IMG/VR virus record: IMGVR_UViG_3300042540_001822
Location: 124,001 to 188,000 of that record
Strand: one strand, 5' to 3'
Length of the DNA: 64,000 bases
This document shows, piece by piece, positions 18,092 to 26,828 of the stretch. The notes below the pieces were generated by a model, which had not been told where the DNA came from, did no database searches, and worked only from the letters and a program-made list of their open reading frames with translations. The first letter of the stretch is position 1; each line of letters starts with the position of its first letter. A program made the translations under genes and the position numbers.

Positions 18092-18739
18092 TTAAGAAAG
18101 AGAATTTGGAAGGTATAACAGAGTTGGATTCTTCTTTTGAATGTCGATATCTGGATACTTTTTTTTAAATTCCATCACATCAAACTTTTTTGTTATTAAA
18201 TGATGGCCGTTTTTCGTTGGAATAATTGCTTCTATCTTCGGACCCACTTTATGACCGATAGGAAATCCAGCTTCATCAAAGTCAACTTTGGTAATGGGTT
18301 GACAGGAATACTCCAGATGTGCCATCATAAGGGGGGATGGTGTTTGTGATCCATCTACATCCACAATCCATCTTTTCTCATGAGTTTGCATTTGACCAAC
18401 AACAGAATCAAAAAGATTTTTTTGGTTTGGTTGACCATTTCGAATTCTTTCAGCCAAGGAAACCATCATGTTTAAAGAAACATCTTTGTGATTTTGTTTC
18501 TGAACATGAATATAAGCTCTTGCTTTGAACATCTCGCACAATTGTTTTATCTCTTCATATCTTTGGTCGAGATGGTCAACACTTTCTATACAGTAGGTCT
18601 TGATTGTTCTGACCGACTGGTGGTTGTCTTTTTCACCCTCTGGTTGGTCTTTCTTCCTTTTGAAAACATACAACATGTAGAAATCTCCAGATTTCTCAAA
18701 ATTAAGAAGAGGTTTGATTAGAGGAAGATTGTCTATCAT
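18092..18739 (-). CDS. Prim-pol / archaeo-eukaryotic primase-like protein (start moved to MIDNLP)
   Basis: WIVDVD (hhhDhD) and IPTKNGHHLI (sxH) match AEP motifs I and II; canonical promoter just upstream of 18739. Confidence 0.6.
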   Translation of the reverse strand: MIDNLPLIKPLLNFEKSGDFYMLYVFKRKKDQPEGEKDNHQSVRTIKTYCIESVDHLDQRYEEIKQLCEMFKARAYIHVQKQNHKDVSLNMMVSLAERIRNGQPNQKNLFDSVVGQMQTHEKRWIVDVDGSQTPSPLMMAHLEYSCQPITKVDFDEAGFPIGHKVGPKIEAIIPTKNGHHLITKKFDVMEFKKKYPDIDIQKKNPTLLYLPNSLS

Positions 18740-18756
18740 TTGCTGTAAGTTGTAGC

Positions 18757-18789
18757 AAATATACGAAAAAGGATTCGATAAAAAACAAA
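18757..18789 (-). promoter_or_regulatory. Bacteroidota-type housekeeping sigma promoter (-33 TTTG / -7 TAnnTTTG)
   Basis: Minus strand TTTG (18789-18786), 21-nt spacer, TATATTTG (18764-18757). Confidence 0.6.
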
Positions 18790-18817
18790 AACCCAAATTT
18801 TTTTTGGGTTTTTTGTT
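18783..18817 (-). terminator. Hairpin, probable intrinsic terminator downstream of the tRNA-like RNA
   Basis: aaaaacccaaa-ttttt-tttgggttttt inverted repeat with A/T tails. Confidence 0.65.
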
Positions 18818-18824
18818 ATCTTTG

Positions 18825-18946
18825 CCAGAAGGGCGGGGTTCGAACCCGCGGCTCGCCATTACCTCGACCTTAGCGTGCATTCGATCTCGACTTTGCTTGC
18901 GCTTTCAGTGGGTTTCCTTGTAGCACGTTGTTACCCACACCTCCTG
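18825..18946 (-). ncRNA. 122-nt tRNA-like non-coding RNA without a canonical anticodon arm
   Basis: 7-bp acceptor stem CAGGAGG/CCTTCTG; T-arm GCGGG-TTCGAAC-CCCGC; TGGGT/ACCCA stem at D-arm position; GC-rich intergenic island; no CCA. Confidence 0.7.
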
Positions 18947-18950
18947 TTTT

Positions 18951-19178
18951 TTAGTCGTCGTTTCTTTCTCTGATTGAACCTGATGTTGAATCCGGAGGGA
19001 TTGCACCCCAAATTTTTGCAAAATTTTTGTCTTCTATTACACGGGCAATGAAGTCAGATTTTGAAAGCGGATCATTGGTTGTCATCATCCAGGCGTTGTA
19101 ATATTTCTGGTAAACAAGATCAATGTTAGATTTTTCTTCTCCGAAAGAAATTTGTTGTTTTTGTGAATTTGAAATCAT
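18951..19178 (-). CDS. Small protein with an MNNEK-like core
   Basis: VYQKYY...LSKSDFIARVIEDKNFAKIWG aligns with VYERYW...LTKQDFINKCKTDSEFSERWG. Confidence 0.7.
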   Translation of the reverse strand: MISNSQKQQISFGEEKSNIDLVYQKYYNAWMMTTNDPLSKSDFIARVIEDKNFAKIWGAIPPDSTSGSIRERNDD

Positions 19179-19191
19179 AAGAATTTTTTAT

Positions 19192-19929
19192 TTAAGAAAT
19201 TTCTCCTACAGATAGTTTTCCTTTAACATCAATAAGAAATTTACCAATTTCTAAAGCATCTGCCAAATAATATTTTCCACCCATATACTTTCTCATGTGA
19301 CCAAGATTTAAATCCTTAACTTGGGTGTGACCCACAATTTGAATAAAATTCTTTTTGATCCAATAATTTGAATCTGACCTCCTCTTTTTATTCGAAGCTA
19401 GTAGAGCGGGTATACGAATCCAAACAGGAGATTGTGTTACATCATTACCGTAAGAATTCCAACCAGAGAAACAAAAAGCTTTAGGTCGGAATACGAACAT
19501 TTCGTTTATCTTTTCAACCAGATTCCAACAATCCCAGCCATTTATTCCAAATGTATTTTCCATCCAAATGTGGCTGACCCCTGCGTGTGTACAAAGATAT
19601 CTATCGAAAGAGAATGACATTTGGAATTGAGGTAAGTTTTCGGACAGAACTGTGGAAATATCGAATTGTAAACCCGGTTGAAACCCTGAGTATGTTTCAC
19701 CAACGTGCATATAGTGAAGGTCGTGATTACCTACGAGTAAAACTACTTCCTTGTCACTTGACTTTTTAAATTCAACTATTTCCTTGAAGTTGTGTAATTG
19801 GTCTATGCCAGGAATATCAAAAGAATCAAAGTAATCCCCTAAGAATACAATTCTATCTGGATCCTCCTGCTGAATAATTTTTTTCCAGATGGATCTTCCG
19901 TGAATATCACCTATAAAAACTGTTTTCAT
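19192..19929 (-). CDS. Calcineurin-like metallophosphoesterase
   Basis: GDIHG, GDYFD, GNHD, THAG, GHT. Confidence 0.92.
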   Translation of the reverse strand: MKTVFIGDIHGRSIWKKIIQQEDPDRIVFLGDYFDSFDIPGIDQLHNFKEIVEFKKSSDKEVVLLVGNHDLHYMHVGETYSGFQPGLQFDISTVLSENLPQFQMSFSFDRYLCTHAGVSHIWMENTFGINGWDCWNLVEKINEMFVFRPKAFCFSGWNSYGNDVTQSPVWIRIPALLASNKKRRSDSNYWIKKNFIQIVGHTQVKDLNLGHMRKYMGGKYYLADALEIGKFLIDVKGKLSVGEIS

Positions 19930-19970
19930 TTAATTGTAAATGTGAATAATTATGGTTCTGTTATTTCTCA

Positions 19971-20429
19971 TTATGATTCTATTAGTTGTGCAACGATGTT
20001 CTTAACAGTTCCAATATCTGCTCTTCCTTGGAATCTTTTATTGAACTCACCGATAGTTTTTCCTTGAAGAGCTTGCGGATTTTTGATTGTATCGCTGAAT
20101 CCTTTCATGATCTCGATAAGAGAATCTGCGATTTCTTGGTCTGACATTTGAGCAGGCATGTACCTTCTTAAGACACACGCTTCATCACATTCTTTGCGGG
20201 CAAGTTCATCTCGTCCAGCATCCTCAAAGATCTTTTGAGATTCTTCTCTCTGCTTGATGGCTTTCACCAAAACTTTAACGACTTCTTCATCTTTTAAGTT
20301 TTGCGAAAACCCCGCTTTCTCGGCCTCGGTGATTTTTGCTTTTAAGCTGCTTAAAGCAGACTTCGCATTTTCATCTTTGGCTTTCATAGCCACCACGAAA
20401 TCTTTTTGAATTTGTTCTTTGAGTGTCAT
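19971..20429 (-). CDS. GatB/YqeY-domain protein
   Basis: MTLKEQIQKDFVVAMKAKD...IKQREES...GRDELA.KE...YMP.QMS. Confidence 0.9.
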   Translation of the reverse strand: MTLKEQIQKDFVVAMKAKDENAKSALSSLKAKITEAEKAGFSQNLKDEEVVKVLVKAIKQREESQKIFEDAGRDELARKECDEACVLRRYMPAQMSDQEIADSLIEIMKGFSDTIKNPQALQGKTIGEFNKRFQGRADIGTVKNIVAQLIES

Positions 20430-20430
20430 A

Positions 20431-21531
20431 CTATTTTTCGTTTTTAAGAAGGAACTTGTTGCTAATTGCCTTGAAAGAAATGGTAGTGTCCATACTACGA
20501 ATGACCACTCCTTCCCGTTCAGTATTGGGATTTAGAACTGATTTTCCTTCTGCTTGTTGTAGAAGTTCTTCGATGGTGTCTGGTAGAAGAAACTCAATCC
20601 CGAGAATTGGCACGGTTTCGAATCCCAATAACTTCATTATGTTGATAAAATCTCGAAGGTTTAGTCTTTCCTGCTTATCAATGTCAAAAGCATTGTAGAA
20701 ACGAACGGTATGACCTTTGAGCTTGTAAGGATTCTTTTGAATTCCTTCTCCGATCAATTCTCCTTGGATGCAAATGTTAAGACCGGTTGCTAGTAACTTT
20801 TTCTTAATGTCCATTTCACGAGCTACTTTCCAGAAAGTGTTTTCCTGCTTCGGTCTTTCCAAGCCATCTTCACACATTACAGTGCCAGGTACAAAATCTC
20901 CGGGGTCAGCAAGTTCCAGGTTGCGAGAGCAGACCCCAAATTCACCGTCCTTGATGTAGAATGTAGCAGAACTCCCATCCAACTTTTCAGTTGCATAGAA
21001 CTGGTGTTTGCTGGAGAACTTCCATTCCTCGTATTCCTTGGTTAGATTCTGCACCCTCTCTTCATCGGTCTTACGGATAAAAGATGGGAAGTAGCCTTTG
21101 ACCTTGCCGGCCAGCTCGGCAGGAACTGGCGGCTCGTACTTGACAATGTTCAACATTTCTGTAACATCTAGTCCTTCGAACCAGCCCATATCCAGGTTAG
21201 GAGTGCTACGTTTGTAGATCGCATAGGAATCTGCCAATGGTAGGATGAGACCTTGTGATACTTGCCCGCGAAGTTTGATCGTCTTCAATCGAAATCCTTC
21301 AGATCCGTCAGACATTTTTTTATACGAGCTCTTCCGAAGAAACTCAAACTCTGGCTCAATTGGCAAGTAAGAGTCGATCTCGCAATAGACTACAAGATCT
21401 CCCTCTTTGTGGCCTACGTTTTTGCCAACCACCACTTGCCAGGAATTGATGATTGCCAGTTCAATGGAGTCTGCTCCTTCGATTGGTCGAATCTCACGGA
21501 TTCTTTGTATGCTTGCTAATTTTCTTTCCAT
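20431..21531 (-). CDS. ATP-dependent RNA ligase (DRB0094/Rnl5-like) with N-terminal OB-like domain
   Basis: RKLASIQRI...ADSIE; TEKLDGSS (motif I), QGELIG, FYNAFD, REGVV, FKAISNKFL. Confidence 0.92.
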   Translation of the reverse strand: MERKLASIQRIREIRPIEGADSIELAIINSWQVVVGKNVGHKEGDLVVYCEIDSYLPIEPEFEFLRKSSYKKMSDGSEGFRLKTIKLRGQVSQGLILPLADSYAIYKRSTPNLDMGWFEGLDVTEMLNIVKYEPPVPAELAGKVKGYFPSFIRKTDEERVQNLTKEYEEWKFSSKHQFYATEKLDGSSATFYIKDGEFGVCSRNLELADPGDFVPGTVMCEDGLERPKQENTFWKVAREMDIKKKLLATGLNICIQGELIGEGIQKNPYKLKGHTVRFYNAFDIDKQERLNLRDFINIMKLLGFETVPILGIEFLLPDTIEELLQQAEGKSVLNPNTEREGVVIRSMDTTISFKAISNKFLLKNEK

Positions 21532-21533
21532 GG

Positions 21534-21791
21534 TTAAATTGGATTTGTTAGTTGTCTTGTTACAATTCGGCTATCTTCATCAGGACGGGACTCGATTCCC
21601 AAAGAAACGGACTTCCCGTAACATTTGGCAACAACAATTGGGTCTCCGTATATGGGGTCAAAATCTGATCTAAAGGAGACGAACCCGGCACCATCACATT
21701 TTCGATTATATCCTACCATATCCTTGTGTTGAATTGCCGCAGAAAAAACTATTGCGCTTCCGTCCACAATTACGTATTTTGCTTCGTACAT
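21534..21791 (-). CDS. Hypothetical protein
   Basis: ORF track. Confidence 0.75.
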   Translation of the reverse strand: MYEAKYVIVDGSAIVFSAAIQHKDMVGYNRKCDGAGFVSFRSDFDPIYGDPIVVAKCYGKSVSLGIESRPDEDSRIVTRQLTNPI

Positions 21792-21867
21792 AAATATTTA
21801 AATTTTATTAGAACAACAATAATTTCATATTCTTATTGAACGCTAAATTAATAATTTATTTCCAATT

Positions 21868-22281
21868 TCATTCGAATTTTTCCCGAAAATTGTGAATTTT
21901 TTCAAAGTAAAATTGTACAGGTGTACCAGTTTCAATAACCAATCCATAACGTTTGGCAAACTTGTATTGGGTGCTATATTCATTGAGAGAATTCACGAAT
22001 TGCTTGATATTTGACCTGAACTCTTCCACAGTAAATGAGTTCTTTTGGATATTACAACTGGGGCAGGCTGGATTAAAATTTTCTAAAATTTCATTTTCTG
22101 GATTCCTACATGTTCCCTTGTTTACAAACTTACCTTTTTTTCTGTCCCATTTACTATCTCTGACAATTGGTTGAACATGGTCTGCATGCCAACTTTTTGT
22201 TAAATTACATCCACAATATGCACATTTCCCGCCATACTTCTCAAAAATTTTGATCCTATCAGATTTTTTCATCCATTTCAA
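21868..22281 (-). CDS. HNH endonuclease
   Basis: CAYCG...DHVQP...NPACPSCNIQK. Confidence 0.9.
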   Translation of the reverse strand: MKWMKKSDRIKIFEKYGGKCAYCGCNLTKSWHADHVQPIVRDSKWDRKKGKFVNKGTCRNPENEILENFNPACPSCNIQKNSFTVEEFRSNIKQFVNSLNEYSTQYKFAKRYGLVIETGTPVQFYFEKIHNFREKFE

Positions 22282-22633
22282 TCTGTCTGATTTTGTGAAT
22301 GGCCTCCATAGGCATTGTCTTCACACAATATTCAACGATATGTTTGAATTCTTCCATAGGAAAAACTAGAAGTTCTAAGGAGAAGACTTTTGAATCTCGA
22401 TGTTCTTCTACCTGTAGGTGTTTACTAACCTTACCTACGATCTGTTCGGACAATCGTTGGGTTATTTCTTTGTATACAATTTTCTCAAAATCCACAGACG
22501 AATGTTCCAAGATATCTTTGGACAAAGTATGTTGACATTTGTGATGTGCATTTTCTAACATTAACGCTTGTTTGGCGGTTTGTAGAGATCTGACGAGTTC
22601 TCTAGAAACATGATCGAAATCTTGTGTGTTCAT
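22259..22633 (-). CDS. Hypothetical protein
   Basis: ORF track. Confidence 0.75.
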   Translation of the reverse strand: MNTQDFDHVSRELVRSLQTAKQALMLENAHHKCQHTLSKDILEHSSVDFEKIVYKEITQRLSEQIVGKVSKHLQVEEHRDSKVFSLELLVFPMEEFKHIVEYCVKTMPMEAIHKIRQIEMDEKI

Positions 22634-22637
22634 TTTT

Positions 22638-23339
22638 TTAGGAATTTATTTGAACGTCAAATATGGTATTTTTGTGGTAATCTGATACATAACAACCCAT
22701 AACGAGCAAAAATGTTTTTTCTCCGGGTATTCCAAAAAAACACCTCGAATCATTGGCGGAAAAGATTTCCAATTCAGATATTCCAACGAACAAAAGATTA
22801 TCAATCAATTCCCTTGTAGTCTTCATAGATAAGTAAACTCCATCCACATTAAAGTAATGATTTTCTGGTAAGTGGTAATGTCCAGTTTCCTCCGTGCCTG
22901 AGGGTATTTCACCTTCACCATCACATTTTTCACAATCAGATTCCGAACCACAACAGTCACACTCAATAGTTCCAAATCCATCACACTCAGAGCATTCTAT
23001 GTATTTTTCCGAAAATTCTGGAATTAATTTGATTTTTTCAAAAACTTCTTCAAAATCCTTGATTTTAATTCTACCGATAGGTCGGGGAACACCCTCGTAA
23101 AATTCGGAGAATTTCTCAACAACTGGAAGTGCCTTGATCCCTTCTGTATCCGAATAAATGTATCTGTTTTCAAAATTTTTATAATCAGGATCGTAGGTCC
23201 AAATTAATTTGTAAGAATCCGTAGCACAGACCCATCCATCGTCAAAACAGGTTGGTTTCAACATTTGTGTTCTAAGGATGCTATCCTTAGAACACCAGGA
23301 TTCAATGAACGTTTGATATTTTGGATGTTCTCTAAGCAT
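22638..23339 (-). CDS. Hypothetical protein with a DnaJ-type zinc-finger insert
   Basis: CSECDGFG...CDCCG...CEKCDGEG. Confidence 0.8.
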   Translation of the reverse strand: MLREHPKYQTFIESWCSKDSILRTQMLKPTCFDDGWVCATDSYKLIWTYDPDYKNFENRYIYSDTEGIKALPVVEKFSEFYEGVPRPIGRIKIKDFEEVFEKIKLIPEFSEKYIECSECDGFGTIECDCCGSESDCEKCDGEGEIPSGTEETGHYHLPENHYFNVDGVYLSMKTTRELIDNLLFVGISELEIFSANDSRCFFGIPGEKTFLLVMGCYVSDYHKNTIFDVQINS

Positions 23340-23535
23340 TATTTTTTTTATTTAGAAAAGAAACTAAGAAAAAAATACCGAAGAAAATGGTAAAACCCCA
23401 TCGGTGAGGTTCAATAGGACTATTGAACTTAAACTGACTAGTTGCGTAGGCGCCTAGCATTAAACTACAAATAAAGAATAGGAACAAGAAGAAGTATTTT
23501 TTCATTGGTTTTTTTTACAAATATACAGATAAATC

Positions 23536-23991
23536 TCAAACAAAGTGTGGAATATTCACTCGAACACAAGATTGTGGTTGACCCTCGTTCATCCAAAAAT
23601 TGTTAATGTAGCCCATAATGTTGGCGGATCCAATTGGGTTGGCCGAATGGGTGTAAACTAAGGGAAAAACGATACCAGATGATTTTTTTTCTGACCTACT
23701 TTCTTGAGTAATGTAATTGTCAAGATAGTGATTGACCAACCACTTAGCACAATCCATTCCCGTCTTTTCAAGGATGTTATTGTAATCCAATTTGTAGTTT
23801 GGACTCACGTTATTGAAATATTCATTCATCGCTGTATCATCCAAATCGTGATCCAAAGAAATAAGTTCAATATTTTCCAAACCCGTATTCGTGACAGTTT
23901 CCACGAATTGTTCGTAGTTCCTAACAACCACCCAATTTTCATCTTTGGGTGTCCTAACGTCATCTAAGTAAATTTGTTTTTTCATTTTCAA
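23536..23991 (-). CDS. Cyclic-phosphate-processing receiver-like domain protein
   Basis: IYLDDVRTP, ISLDHDL, GMDCAKWL, HSANPIG. Confidence 0.8.
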   Translation of the reverse strand: MKMKKQIYLDDVRTPKDENWVVVRNYEQFVETVTNTGLENIELISLDHDLDDTAMNEYFNNVSPNYKLDYNNILEKTGMDCAKWLVNHYLDNYITQESRSEKKSSGIVFPLVYTHSANPIGSANIMGYINNFWMNEGQPQSCVRVNIPHFV

Positions 23992-23997
23992 TTTTTT

Positions 23998-24240
23998 TTA
24001 AAGCCACTTCACGACGGATCCCCAAACGGAATCTATAGAGTTAAAGAAAACTCGGTGATTTCCATTTCCTAGGGTTTGGGGTATGAACTCGAATTTAAAA
24101 AACCCCCTTATATAGAGGAATCCGATTTGTTTGTGCATATAGAAACCTCCCTGAGTGAATTGTGGGGTTTCAATTTCAACATATGATCGACCTAGGATAA
24201 AATCGTACAATTTAGAAAAAAACAGCAAGAATAATTTCAT
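23998..24240 (-). CDS. Hypothetical protein
   Basis: ORF track. Confidence 0.6.
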   Translation of the reverse strand: MKLFLLFFSKLYDFILGRSYVEIETPQFTQGGFYMHKQIGFLYIRGFFKFEFIPQTLGNGNHRVFFNSIDSVWGSVVKWL

Positions 24241-24485
24241 AGATTGATGTAAGTTGTTTTTTTGATGCTCTCTCCTATTTTTTCTTTTTGATTTTCTTTA
24301 AAAAGTTCAATTACATCTTCGGCTTGTTTTTGGGTGGGGTATATGTGTCTAGACTTATCACTTGTTGATGTTGTGTGAGAATCCGAAATTATATTTTCCC
24401 ATGATTCCCATTCCCAAAATTTAACTTGTGGAGTATATCCCATCTCGCCAGAGTTTTTTTCCTCTACCATAATTCTGTATTTCAT
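24237..24485 (-). CDS. Hypothetical protein
   Basis: ORF track. Confidence 0.7.
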   Translation of the reverse strand: MKYRIMVEEKNSGEMGYTPQVKFWEWESWENIISDSHTTSTSDKSRHIYPTQKQAEDVIELFKENQKEKIGESIKKTTYINL

Positions 24486-25117
24486 TGTTTAGTTTGTTTG
24501 ATTAAAGTTCTATTCAATTTTCCATAGTTTGATTCACCGTCAAAAGCTCTACCAATACGGTACAAATGTTTAGGTGATAATCCAAAGTAACCATCACAAT
24601 GATAAAATTTATCCATTTGTTCTGGAAGCATATCAGAGTCATCATCTAAAATTGCATAATCCTCAACTTCAGGATTTTTATCTAACCATTGCTGTATTTC
24701 TTCTCCCCTCATACCAAACCCCCTTCCAGTAATCCCAACAAAAGTTCCCTCATTAAATCCAAAATGTACCAAAGCATCTTCCCACCACTCTGGAATTAAT
24801 TCTTTTTTCTTACCAAAATGATGTCTCCAAACAGATGAAACACAAATTTTAGTTCCAGTTTCATTACAAAAATTAGAAAGCCATTTCCATTTTTGTGGAC
24901 AAGTTTCTCCAATCAACCTTTTAAGCTGAAATTCGTAGGTGTAGTAAATATCGGGTGTTTTGTGATTTGCATAACTCACAGGTTTTGATTTGATACCTAA
25001 AAACTTTCTGATTAAGTAGTAGTAAGTCCTGGGTTTCAACCACCTTTTTTTGTGTCGGTTCTCGTAAAAAACTTCAGAGTTCATAACCCCATCAATATCT
25101 AAAAATATAACTTTCAT
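24482..25117 (-). CDS. HAD phosphatase of the Swiss-Army-knife RNA-repair type
   Basis: VIFLDIDGVMN, ICVSSVWR, RGEEIQQWL, YAILDDDSDM. Confidence 0.82.
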   Translation of the reverse strand: MKVIFLDIDGVMNSEVFYENRHKKRWLKPRTYYYLIRKFLGIKSKPVSYANHKTPDIYYTYEFQLKRLIGETCPQKWKWLSNFCNETGTKICVSSVWRHHFGKKKELIPEWWEDALVHFGFNEGTFVGITGRGFGMRGEEIQQWLDKNPEVEDYAILDDDSDMLPEQMDKFYHCDGYFGLSPKHLYRIGRAFDGESNYGKLNRTLIKQTKQ

Positions 25118-25425
25118 ACTTTTACAAGTTTAAAATTTTCGCCATCGATTAGGATTTCTTTGTTTTCGCAAGACTTAGGTCGGTTGTCTATGATTAGACC
25201 ACCTGAATCCTCAAAGTAGATTTTATTACCTTGAGAATCGTATTCTCGTTTAGCCCAAACTCCATCTGAATCCTCAACGTAGATTAGATTGCCTTGAGAA
25301 TCATATTCACACTTTTCCCAATATCCATTTAAATGCTCATAATAGATTTCATTACCATTCTTGTCTCGGATTACCAAGAGACCATTGGTCTTGAAGTTCC
25401 ATTTAATTTTTTGTGCGATTGTCAT
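25114..25425 (-). CDS. Beta-repeat family member, 103 aa
   Basis: Family motifs. Confidence 0.9.
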   Translation of the reverse strand: MTIAQKIKWNFKTNGLLVIRDKNGNEIYYEHLNGYWEKCEYDSQGNLIYVEDSDGVWAKREYDSQGNKIYFEDSGGLIIDNRPKSCENKEILIDGENFKLVKV

Positions 25426-25874
25426 ACTTTCACGAGTTTAAATTTTTCACCACCAATTAGGATTTCTTTGTTTTCACAAGGCTTGGGTCGGTAGTCTATG
25501 ATTTCACCATATGAATTCTCATAGTAGATTACATTACCATTCTTGTCTTTGATTTCCTTTAAGTTACCGTTGGCCTTGAAGTTCCATTTGACACTGGCCT
25601 TGAAGTTCCATTTGGCACAGGGTTTAGGTCGATCGTCTCTGATTTGGCCAACTGAATTTTCAAAGTAGATTACATTGCCTTGAGAATCCCATTCTCGTTT
25701 TGACCAATACCCATTTGAATCCTCCAAGTAGATTTGATTACCTTGAGAATCCCGTTCATACTTTTCCCAAAACCTATTTGAATCCTCAAAGTAGATTAGA
25801 TTATCATTCTTGTCTTGGATGTTCAAGCATCCATTGGTCTCAAAATCCCATTTGATTTGTTGTGCTATTGTCAT
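25422..25874 (-). CDS. Beta-repeat family member, chimeric, 150 aa (partial second copy fused in frame)
   Basis: RPKPCAKWNFKASVKWNFKANGNL...; 24-bp tandem repeat at 25571-25618. Confidence 0.88.
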   Translation of the reverse strand: MTIAQQIKWDFETNGCLNIQDKNDNLIYFEDSNRFWEKYERDSQGNQIYLEDSNGYWSKREWDSQGNVIYFENSVGQIRDDRPKPCAKWNFKASVKWNFKANGNLKEIKDKNGNVIYYENSYGEIIDYRPKPCENKEILIGGEKFKLVKV

Positions 25875-26185
25875 ACTTTCACGAGTTTAAATTTTTCACC
25901 ATCGATTTCTACTACTTTGTTTTCACAGGGTTTGGGTCGTTTGTCTTTGATTACACCTTTTGAATTCTCATAGTAGATTTCTTTACCTTGAGAATCCCAT
26001 TCTTGTTTTTCCCAATATCCATCTGAATTCTCATAGTAGATTAATTTTTCTTCAGAATTGTATTCATGCCTGTCCCAACCTCCCGTATTTTCAAAGTAGA
26101 TTAGATTACCATTCTTGTCTCGGATTTCCAAGACACCGTTGGTCTTGAAATCCCATTTGATTTGTTGTGCTATTGTCTGTATCAT
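25871..26185 (-). CDS. Beta-repeat family member, 104 aa
   Basis: Family motifs. Confidence 0.9.
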   Translation of the reverse strand: MIQTIAQQIKWDFKTNGVLEIRDKNGNLIYFENTGGWDRHEYNSEEKLIYYENSDGYWEKQEWDSQGKEIYYENSKGVIKDKRPKPCENKVVEIDGEKFKLVKV

Positions 26186-26523
26186 ACTTTTACAAGTTTA
26201 TATTTTCCACCAGGTGCAAACATAGAAAAAAGACCTAAGCCTTTAAATTCTACTACTTTACCTTCACAGGGCTTGGGTCGGCTGTCTATGATTTCACCAT
26301 ATGAATTCTCATAGTAGATTACTTTTCCTTCAGAATCCAGTTCCCACTTTCTCCAAGTCCCATGTGAATACTCCAAGTAGATCAATTTACCTTGAGAATC
26401 CCATTCATACTTTTCCCAAACTCCATCTGAATTCTCCAGGTAGATTGGTTTACCATTCTTGTCTCGGATTACCAAGAGACCATTGGTCTTGAAATCCCAT
26501 TTGATTTGCTGTGCTATCGTCAT
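26182..26523 (-). CDS. Beta-repeat family member, 113 aa, with C-cap insertion (GLGLFSMFAP)
   Basis: Family motifs. Confidence 0.9.
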   Translation of the reverse strand: MTIAQQIKWDFKTNGLLVIRDKNGKPIYLENSDGVWEKYEWDSQGKLIYLEYSHGTWRKWELDSEGKVIYYENSYGEIIDSRPKPCEGKVVEFKGLGLFSMFAPGGKYKLVKV

Positions 26524-26828
26524 ACTTTCACGAGTTTAAATTTTTCACCACCAAATTCTACTATCTTACCTTCACAAGACTTAGGTCGTTTGTCTTTAAT
26601 TAGACCATCTGAATTCTCATAATAGATTTCATTGCCTTCAGAATCGTATTCATGCTTTCTCCAATATCCCATTGAATTCTCACAGTAGATTTCTTTGCCT
26701 TTAGAATTCCGTTCCCACTTTGCCCAATATCCATCTAAATCCTCAAAGTAGATTATTTTACCATTCTTGTCTAGGATATCCAAGTCACCATTAGTGAAGT
26801 CCCATTTGATTTGTTGTGCTATTGTCAT
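26520..26828 (-). CDS. Beta-repeat family member, 102 aa
   Basis: Family motifs. Confidence 0.9.
   Translation of the reverse strand: MTIAQQIKWDFTNGDLDILDKNGKIIYFEDLDGYWAKWERNSKGKEIYCENSMGYWRKHEYDSEGNEIYYENSDGLIKDKRPKSCEGKIVEFGGEKFKLVKV

Noticed and set aside
18740-18880. N-terminal extension of the 262-aa ORF (MHAKVEVMASRGFEPRPSGK...)
   Set aside because: It overlaps the tRNA-like RNA, a terminator and a promoter; the ATG at 18739 is the plausible start.
23439-23470. Degenerate tRNA (GTAGTTTAATG resembles a D-arm start)
   Set aside because: No T-loop (TTCG) or acceptor stem; kept only as a generic structured element.
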